This document shows positions 54,671-64,000 of a stretch of DNA of 64,000 nucleotides, one piece after another. The stretch lies in assembly GCF_963921235.1 (NCBI RefSeq), contig NC_086097.1, positions 249,180,001 through 249,244,000 of the forward strand, read 5' to 3'. Positions within the stretch are counted from its first letter, which is position 1; each line of letters opens with the position of its first letter. Source of the stretch: Mobula hypostoma (lineage: Eukaryota). A program made the translations under genes and the position numbers. A model generated the notes under the pieces. It had not been told where the DNA came from and did no database searches. It saw only the letters and a list, made by a program, of their open reading frames with translations.

Positions 54671-55619
54671 TACAGCAGGGAAGCCTCAATTGTCTCAGAA
54701 AATGTGACTGATGAGGAAGACAGAAGCACAAGGTCCTAAGCACCCTACCCCATCACTAGCTAATTGCAATCACAAGAAAACAAGATTGAGGACCTCAAAG
54801 ATTACCTTATCAAAGGGACACAGGGGACTACTGTGTTCTGTTCCACAGCGATATGACTAACTGCCAACTCTCCTGACTCCGTGCTCCAGCCTGAAGGTTT
54901 TAGATTGACAAGACAGCAGAGGAAAGGAGACAGAATTGGCTCTATCATAAACTCCTCATGGTGCAACAGATACAGCAGCTTTGGCCCACCCAGCTTCCCT
55001 GAGCAGTAAAGTGCTAACCATTCTACCTAGTGCAGAAGTTCTCCATCGCCCTCACTGTGGTCTATAATCACACTTCAGTAGACATCAAAATAGCACTTGA
55101 AGAAATACCGTAATCAAAAACAAAGCAGTGTACTCTGACATGGCTGAATATATCACACTTTCACTTAATTCAGTTGGTCCTAATCACTGTGCAGACTGTC
55201 TTTCAGTTCCACATTGTCCGTGAACTTAGAAAATAGTCAGTTTCTTCACATACAGAGCAGAGATGTTACAGCCCCATTTAGGCCCTTCAGCCCATGATGC
55301 TGTGCCAACCTTTTAACCTACTTTAAGATCAATCTAATCCTTCCCTCTAATGTAGCCCCTCAATTTTTTTTTATTACTCATGTGCCTAAAAGTTTCCAAG
55401 ATTTCCCTAATGGATCTGCCTCTACAAGCGTCAATTGGCAGCGCGTTTCATGCGCCCATCACTCTGTGTAAACAAACCTACCTTTGACAAATGCCCTATT
55501 CTTCCCTCTAATCACCTTAAAATTATCCCTCTTTGTAATAGCCACGAATGGAGTTTTGTCACTACCTGATGCTCCAAGAAAGATCCATTAATATTACTGT
55601 TCTTGTCTGCCAACCAATG

Positions 55620-56484
55620 TTCAGTTCACACCATGGTACCCTTCAAAAAAAATATTGCTGCACATCTCAAGTTTGCAAAAGACCACCTGCATGTTCCACA
55701 ACACTTCTGGGACAATATCTTGTGGACAGATGAGACAAAAGTTGAACTTTTTGGCAGAAATGCACACCCATGTTCGGAGGGAAAAGGGCACTGCACACTA
55801 TCACCAAAACCTCATCCCAACTGTGAAGCCTGGTGGAAGAAGCATCATGATTTGGGGCTACTTTGCTGCCTCAGGGCCTGGAAAGCTTGCAATTGTTGAG
55901 GGAACAATGGATTCCAAATTGTATCAAGACATTTTACAGGAAAATCTCAGGGTGGCAGTCCATCACCTGAAGCTTAATAGAAAAGGGATGATGCAACAAG
56001 ACAATGACCCAAAACATGAGAGTAAATCAAAAACAGGAAAATGAAGAAAATCTGTGTTTTGGAATGGCAAAGTCAGAGTCCAGACCTTAAACCAACTGAG
56101 ATGCTACGGCATGACCAGGTCATGCAAGATATTTCAGAAATATTGATGATTTGAAACAGTTTTGCATGTCTAAAATTCCTCCCCACTGTTGTGCAAGTCT
56201 GATCATCAGCTACAGGAAACGTTTGGTGGAGGTTATTGCTGCTAAAAGAGGTTCTACCAGGTGTTAAATACAAGGGTTCACATACTTTTTCCAGCCTGGA
56301 CTGTGAATGATTAATCAATGTGTTCAATAAAAACATGAAAAGTACAATTGTTTGCATGTTATTAGTTTAGGTAGATTGTCTTTGTCTATTATTGTGACTT
56401 AGATAAAGATCAGACCACATTTTATGAGTAATTAATGCAGAAAACCAGATAATTGCAAAGGGGTTCACAACAAACGTTTTCTCA
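55620..56484 (+). mobile_element. Second Tc1 family, 3' half of transposase plus right IR/DR
   Basis: LKFAKDH..NILWTDETKVELFG, GGRSIMIWG, QQDNDPKH, QSPDL; aagggttcaca repeated near 56272 and 56458. Confidence 0.85.
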
Positions 56485-56849
56485 GATTTTATATATGAGA
56501 GAGAGAGCCTAGCTGCTTAGAAGTCTTCTCAGCAAACCTACTCACCTGCCCTGTCTCCATTCTATCATGAGTACTTGTGTGGACTACGAAAACCAAATCT
56601 TCTTCCATCCTGTTCCCTCTCCACAGCTGGATTACAATGTATAATTATTATTTCGTAGTTTAATTTTCCTGTGCCTGCTTGTATTTCTAAATAATTACCC
56701 AAATACACACAATTGCTCGGTAAAATTTCTAGTAATTACAATATGTTTGCTTCTGTATTTTTCTAGAAACTTCCAAGTTTTCAGTAGCAGATGTCGGGGC
56801 ACTTAAATACGGCAATAGTATAGGTTAATTAATATCACTAGAATTTGTG

Positions 56850-57180
56850 TAGTCCGAGTGAAATGAGGGCCTCTGTTGGTCAGAGCTGACCATGGGTATT
56901 GCATCCTAGCTGTCTAGATACGCAAGCCAGGGCAGTACAATATGGAGAGCAAGCTGTTGCCCACGTAGCAAGCTCCCCCTCTCCACATGAGTGGCAGGAG
57001 TTGCCGATATGCATTGAACTCAATATAGGACTTCCTTAGGGACTCCTGCTCTGGATTTTTCCCTTGGGATTTACTCCCATAGTCTTCCCCAATGAGTGGG
57101 TATAGCTGCAAGGCAGCTGAGGTTTCAGATCAGAATTTTCATTCTCCTAGGTGAGCTGCCAACCCCGGTCGATGAGGCCC
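56850..57180. mobile_element. RTE 5'-UTR-like fragments
   Basis: Minus strand ctaggagaatgaaaattctgatctgaaacc resembles the conserved RTE 5' motif. Confidence 0.45.
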
Positions 57181-58619
57181 ACCTCTAGTCTGAGTACAAG
57201 ACTCCTTTTGCATTGATCCTTTTTCTCTCAGCACTTCTTGTTCTTTGCTTTTGTGACATCTAATTACACATCGGAAAGTAGCAAGTTTTATGCCTAATTC
57301 TTAATTTCCAAAGAACTTTGGATCACAACAGCTTCAGGATCCAATACCACTAAGCAGAATTCCTTCATGCCAATACCACAGGAGCAGTATAATATTTCGA
57401 TCTCCTTCTCCTGGCTGCAGAAGACAGCATCTATTCCCCACCAATTCTTTAAAAGAAGTACTTTCCTTTTCACCAAACCACAGTTTCCCCCCGCCCCCAC
57501 CAAACTAGTGTCACTGTCATTAACTCATTCTCTTCCATCTCCACACTTGTTGGGACGGAATGCAGGAACCTCAAATCAATTGAACAAGTGCAAACACTAC
57601 TACCTGCTGGATTTCTGTGGCCAACTCACAAACACCACCTCCTATCCCCGATCAGGTGTTAAGTCTGAAGTATTTAATGTATGCCTTACGTTTGCCTCTG
57701 GGAACAAGGAGATCAGGAAACTTCCTCCTTCCTGCTGTTTTACAATGTCTGCAACTCTGACCTCACACCTCGGAGACAAACCTCAAATGGTAAGACAGTA
57801 GTCACCTCGGTCAAAATTAACCTCCACCAGCACACCGCAGCAGTATCAAATCTCCTATCCTCTCTCTAACTAGTTCACAATTAAAGAAATTTTTAAAACA
57901 GCTCGTCTCAATGGATTTCACAAATAGGGCACAGTCAAAACTTACAGTCCATCCATCCCAATTGCCCTAAAGGTTCTGTTATACAAGGTGGAGGTGAAAC
58001 TTCTTGACCCGACAGCAAATTAATTCTCAATCCAGGTCAATATTAACTTAGCAACTGCATTTCTTTATCAAAACCTTTCTAGAAATTCAAATTCACCATA
58101 CCCATCTCTCTCTCTCCTTGTCTAGTCTGCAAGTGAATTCCAAATGTCAAATAATTTCCCTTTGACCAAATTCTTAGTTTCTGTGTCCATATACTCCCTT
58201 AATGCATTCTCAAAAGCTCAAGTGAAAATGACAATCCTCCCTAAAGCCCTTTTGTTCACTGAAATTGGTTTATTATTGTTGCATGTACCAAAATGAAAAG
58301 CTCATCTTGCATACTGTTCATACAGATCAATTCATTACATGGTGCATTGGTGTAGAACAGAATAGAACTTTATTGTCATTGCTCAAGATAACAGATTGCA
58401 GTGCTACTCCAGACTCAAAACCAGATACTGTATTTTACAACACATGCTTAGTTCTTTTAAAAATCCCTCATTTACATGCAACAAGTGACTTCGATAGTTG
58501 ATAGCACTCAAAGGCCATCAGCACGCCGGGGCGCAGCATTATTCAGCAGCCCAACAGGCCTCGCGAAGAAGCTGTTTTTCACTTTTACTGTCTTAGACCA
58601 TAAGACCATACGATAGAGA

Positions 58620-59260
58620 AGAGGAGAAGATGGAGGCGCGATGCAGCTCGCAGTGGCCACTCTGGTGGTGATGACTGTTATTTGTCAAGGAGGGTGCCGT
58701 GCACAATCCTGATTTGATGGAGACAGATGTGAGAGCACGGAGGAACATCTGGTGAAACTACTGAAATCCCTGTTTTGCTGCCGTTGCTACTGTGTGATTC
58801 AGAATCTCCGGAGGGGAAGGCCCCGAGTCCTCGGCTTTGCTTGTTGCTCAGCAGCGATGGTGCTGGGTGCCGGAGGGCTGGTCAGAGGCTCGAGGTTTTC
58901 GGACGGACTCAGAGTGGGCTGTGGTCAGGTGCTTCCTGGTGCTGCATTGGCAAGTTTGCAATGCTGGAGGTTCATGGCAGGGAGAGTTTCTCCCTTCTAC
59001 CGTCTGCGTGAGATGATGGGACTATCAAGACTTAAGACTTTTTTTTAACCGTGCCCATGGTCTGCTCTTTATCAAAATACGGTATTGCTTTGCACTGTTG
59101 TAAACATGTTATAATTATGTAGTTTTGTCAGTTTAGTCTTGGTTTGTCCTGTGTTTCTGTGATATCTTTCTGGAGGAACATTGTATCATTTTTTAATGCA
59201 TGCATTTCTAAATGACAATAAACGAGGACTGAGTGTCCTCATAATCTAATCTAATCTAAT
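58620..59260 (+). mobile_element. Family A retroposon, full length, inserted into a CR1 tail
   Basis: gaggagaagatggaggcg...gacaataaacg...cctcataatctaatctaatctaat; CR1 tail sequence on both sides. Confidence 0.8.
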
Positions 59261-60885
59261 GCAGAATTAGGCCATTTGGCCCATCGAATCTGCTTGGCCA
59301 TTTCATCATGGCTGATCCAATTTTCCACTCAGCCTCAATCTCCTGCCTCCTCCCCACATGCCTTCATGTTCTGACCAATCAAGAATCTATCAACCTCTGC
59401 CTTAAATAAACAAAGACTTAAGTCTCCACAACTGCTTGTGGCAAAGAAATCCACAGATTCACCTCTCTCTGGCTAAAGAAATTCCTCCTCAACTCTGTTC
59501 AAAAAGGAAACCCCTCTATTCTGAGGCTGCCCTCTGGTCCTAAATTCTCCCACCATAGAAACATCCTCTCTGCACCTACCCTATCAAAGCCTTTCAACAT
59601 TTAATAGATTTAAATTAGGTAACCTCTCAATCTTTCGAATTCTAGTGAATACATGCCCAGAGCCAAAAGTTGTTTTTATGACAAGCCTTTCAATCCTGGA
59701 ATCATTTTCGTGAACCTCCTTTGAACCCATTCCAGTTTCAGTACATCCATTCAAAACAATGGGGCCCAAAGCTCCTCCCAATACATCAAGTGAGGCCTCA
59801 CCAATGCTTTGTAAAGTATTAACATTATATCTTTGCTTTTATATTCAAGTCCTTTTGAAATGAATCCAAACATTGCATTTGCCTTCCTCACCACAGACTC
59901 ACACTACAAATTAACCTTTAGGGCACTCTGTATAATGACTCTCAAGTGCCTTTGCACATCAGTTTTTTGTATTTACTTTCCATTTAGAAAATAGTCAACC
60001 CTTTCACTTCTCCTACGAATGTGCACGACCACACACTTCCCAAGACTGTTTCCCATCTGCCATTTCTTTCCCATTTTCCTTATCTAGGTCCTTCAGTAGC
60101 CTTTCTACTTCCTCAAAACTACCTGCTCCTCTACCTATCTTCGTATCATTTGCAAACTTTGCAACTAAGTCATCGATTCCATTATCCAAATCATTAACAT
60201 ATAACATCAAAAGAATCTGTCCCAACACAGTCCCCTGTGGAACACCACTAGTCACTAGCAGCCAGCCAAAAGAAAGCTCCCTTCAGTCCGGCTACTGCTT
60301 TTTCAACGCCAGAATCTTTCCTGTAATACCATGGGCTCATAGCATGTTAAGCAGCCTCCTGTGCGGCACCTTGTCGAAGGCCTTCTGAAAATCCAAATAC
60401 ACAACATCAACCAATTCTTCTTTGTCTTTCTTGCTTGTTACTTCTTCAAAGAATTCCAACAGATTTGTCAGACAAGAATTTCCCTTGAGGAAACCAGGTT
60501 GACTCCAGCCCATTTTATCATGTGCCCTGAGACCTCATCCTTAATAATCGATTCCAACATCTTCCTAACCACTGAGGTCAGACTAACTGGCCTATACTTT
60601 CCTTTCTTCTGCCTCTCTCCCTCCTTGAAGAGTGGAGTGACATTTGCACTCTTCTGGAACCATTCCAGAATCTAGTGAATATTGAAAGAGCATTACTAAT
60701 GCTTCCACAATCTCTTCAGCCACCTCTTTCAGAACCCTGGGGTGTACACCATCCGGTCCAAGTGACTTATCTACCTTCAGACCTTTCAGTTTCCCAATAA
60801 CTCTCTAGTAATGGTAACTTCACAGAGTTCATGACCCCTGCCATCTGGAACTTCCACCATACTGTTAGTGTCTTCCACAGCAAAG
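59261..60885 (-). mobile_element. Decayed CR1 ORF2 3' half
   Basis: SGVPQGTVLG...YVNDLD...KFANDTKIG; KAFDKVPH remnant. Confidence 0.88.
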
Positions 60886-62793
60886 ACTGGTTAAGATGTT
60901 TCTATACCTCATGGCGGAAGATTGAACAGGCAGACAATGGGTACAAGATCACAACCTGTTAAGCTGCTAGTTCAAGATGTTCACTCCTAGAAGCACAGTT
61001 ATGCAAGTGTACATTTGCATGGTTCAGTATTTAGAGGTAATGTTACAGAATGCATTAAACAGGAATCATGACTTCACATCCTACAATCTAATGAAGTTCA
61101 AATTGTTTTGCAAGACTGAAATTTAGCAAAGGAAATATTTACTTCTCCTCTGGCTCTACATGAAACAAGCTGCAAGAAGAGTTGAGATAGGTACAATTAC
61201 ATCATTTAAGAAGCACTTGGATGACTGGGACTTGGAAGGATATGATCAACTGCAGGAAATTGTAACACTGGCCAGCATTAGTCATTGTGCTGAAGTGTCT
61301 GTAACTGCCGTATTGCTCTATCACTATGACTCTGGCAGTATTTCTTCATATTACATGTGTAAAATTCAAACATGGATACTCTGTAAACAAAGTATGGGGC
61401 AAAGATAGAGACAAAGGAGCAATCAAACATGGTGACAGGCCCCACAGTATAAACACATCAAAGACTGTTAATGGAGTAATATGGTACTGCTCAAAGGATT
61501 TCAACAGCAAAAGGTGTAACATTTATATGATTTTCACAATATAAATAAAAAAGCTCTATTTTAACAATTTAGTAACAGTTTCTTCCCCTGTCATCAGATT
61601 TCCAAATGGCCCAGGAACACTAACTCCTTATACCTCTCTTGTACTGTTTTTATTACAATATAATTTATTATGAATGCACTGTACCACTGCAAACAATGCA
61701 CCACATTCTAGAAAGCGCTGGAAGCTTCTTTGTTCTGCATTAAGTGAATAAGTGCTTTCCATTAGTTATCTTAATACTGTAATATTCAAATGAGTACTTT
61801 CTTGTTGAACTCTTATCTATAAATTTAATTGGAATTTTCCACCTGTTATAAAATTTCTAAACACAGCAGTGCCATCTTGATCTTCTTAGTGTCTCAGATT
61901 TTGTCTTTAAGCTTTCTGCTACTAGATTCTGCTCCTGTTCCCTTTGTTTGATAAGTACTAAATAAAACAATCATGAAGCAACAGGTTTTGTGCCTCTTTC
62001 CTGACTTCTGAAAGAACCTTGGATCAAAAACACCAGAATCCAACAGATGTTAGCATAAGCATTTGTGAATTTTCTATTTTGAAACCAGTCCAAATCAAGG
62101 TGAAAATGAATAACGCTTACAGCATAAATGAGCTCTCCTACATGCGGTGAAATTTGTGATATTAAGTGATAATTCTGGAATTCATCCTCTACAGGATGTA
62201 ACCAGTTTTTATTTGCACCTTAGAAGCTGAAGATATTAAAATTAGACTGCAAATACATGCCCAACAGTTATATTAATATAAAATGCCTGTTATATATTAA
62301 GTATATATTCAAGAATGTTATTTTACTGATTGCTTCCACAGAAAAAGGCAACTTCCATTTACTACTGTTAATGAAGAACATTTGGCAATAGAAAAATTGT
62401 CCACTAGGCCAGAGATTGATAGTGTTGTTGAAAAAAATAAGTACAGCACATTACAGGAGGATTCTGGGACAGGTGACAGAGAAGCAATGGGGGGGGGGTG
62501 TATGCACGGGGAGCAGACACACCCAGCCCTGAGACACCAGGCAAGGTCATTTGATTCCAAACAACTGGTTTAGTGATCATTACAGAACGTCTCTCTGGTG
62601 CTTCCCACTTCGTCCCCTCTCCCTTCTCCCTTCCCCCTTCCCCCCCCAACCATGATTCCCCTCGCTCTGCCCACTTCCCACCATCAATCCACAATAGAGT
62701 CCCACATCAGAATCAGGTTTATCAACATTCATATATCCCATGAAAGCTTTTTTTTTGTAGCCGCAGCAGTACAGTGCAATATATAAATTACTA

Positions 62794-63160
62794 CAGTACT
62801 GTGCAAAAGTCTTAGGTACCTTGTTACATATACATTGCCTATAAAAAAGTATTAACTCTTCCCCCAGAAGTATTGTAATCAGAGTCAGTGTACAAATAAA
62901 ACTTGGAATATTTCTAAAAAATGTTATGCTGTATCTGAATGCAGAGAAATATTCACAAGAAATTACAATGTTGTGCTAAAATCTTAGTGCCTATAAAAAG
63001 TACTCAACCCCCCGTGGAAGTTTTCATGTTTTATTATTTTTTTTATATACATTATATGTGCCTAAGATTTTAGTTTAGCACTGTACTTTCTTGTTAAATA
63101 TTTCTCTGCATTCAAATACAGACATAATATTTTAGAAATATTCTTAAGTTTCATTTGTGT
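62794..63160. mobile_element. MITE/Tc1 terminal fragments with about 100-bp inverted arms
   Basis: 62890-62990 is the reverse complement of 63060-63160; tgcctataaaaagta Tc1-like end at 62836 and 62988. Confidence 0.6.
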
Positions 63161-63215
63161 GTATACATACACACACACACATATATGTACACATATATAC
63201 ACACATACATATATG
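63161..63215. repeat. (CA/TA)n microsatellite
   Basis: Direct reading. Confidence 0.85.
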
Positions 63216-63589
63216 ATAGGTACTAAAGATTATCCCAATTCTTTTTCTTGACCGCACTGGAAAATGGGCACCTGTGCTCATGTTATTTGATATCATACAC
63301 GCTTGCCATTCAAATGCACTCCTGGAAATGTCAAGACTATTTTAAACAGAGGTTGGGCAATATAGAACATTAGCAAACCAACCTGCTGATATTACAGATA
63401 CAACACAACTACAACTGCACAACAGCTTGACAGTATTTACAGTGGTGTTTAAGAAAATGCAACAACTCTTTTTAAAAAAAAACTTTTTAATCCAGAACCA
63501 TAATGCAAGGAACTTATTCCACCTTCCTCATCAGATTAATCTACAAGGACATCAGCTCTTCAAATCCTGGTGGCATGGTAAGCAAATGA

Positions 63590-64000
63590 TTATGATTATT
63601 ATGATTATGAGGGCACACAGTCCCCTTTTATTGTCATTTAGCATGTATTAAGAAATGATAAAATGCTTTTCCAGAATGATATCACGAAAACACACGACAA
63701 ACCGACTTAAAAACTAACAAAAACCACATAATTATAACATATAGTTACAACAGTGCAAAGCAATACCGTAATTTGATAAGAACAGACCATGGCACAGTAA
63801 AAGTCTCAGAGTCTCTCGAAAGTCCCATCATCTCACACAGACAGTAAACCTCCAGCGCCGCTAACTTGCTGATGCAGCATACTGGAAGCATCCGACCACA
63901 GTCCGACTCCGAGTCCGTCCGAAAAACTCCGAGCACCGAGCACCATCTCTGCCGAGCGCTTCGACCCCGGCCCCAGCAACAGGCGATATGCAAAGCCGAG
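63590..64000 (-). mobile_element. Family A retroposon, 3' part (cut by window edge)
   Basis: Aligns to 38370-38795; tail (cataat)n. Confidence 0.8.

Noticed and set aside
40708..64000. TGFBR1 exon 1 and promoter CpG island
   Set aside because: No convincing signal-peptide exon with a phase-1 donor; most GC-rich blocks are repeats.

Overview
Vertebrate genomic DNA, most likely from a cartilaginous fish (inferred from the CR1/V-SINE/Penelope repeat content; species not identifiable). The whole window lies inside one minus-strand gene, TGFBR1 (ALK5). Seven internal coding exons (2-8; 246, 243, 231, 168, 157, 125 and 131 nt; all GT-AG and phase-compatible) encode the 10-Cys ectodomain, TM helix, GS domain and most of the Ser/Thr kinase. 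I found neither exon 1 nor exon 9, so both probably lie outside the window. The introns are densely packed with nested, mostly decayed elements: CR1, RTE and Rex1/L2-like LINEs, tRNA-derived SINEs, a complete Tc1, a deleted Tigger, MITEs and Penelope-like fragments. Almost all other ORFs in the track are repeat-derived or spurious. The most notable signal is a family of minimal hammerhead-ribozyme motifs carried by the Penelope-like repeats. Two intact-core copies are sense to the pre-mRNA and bracket exon 5. I see no clear evidence of a wholly new system; functional ideas below are hypotheses. Repeat boundaries were read by eye and are approximate unless a TSD or TIR is cited.
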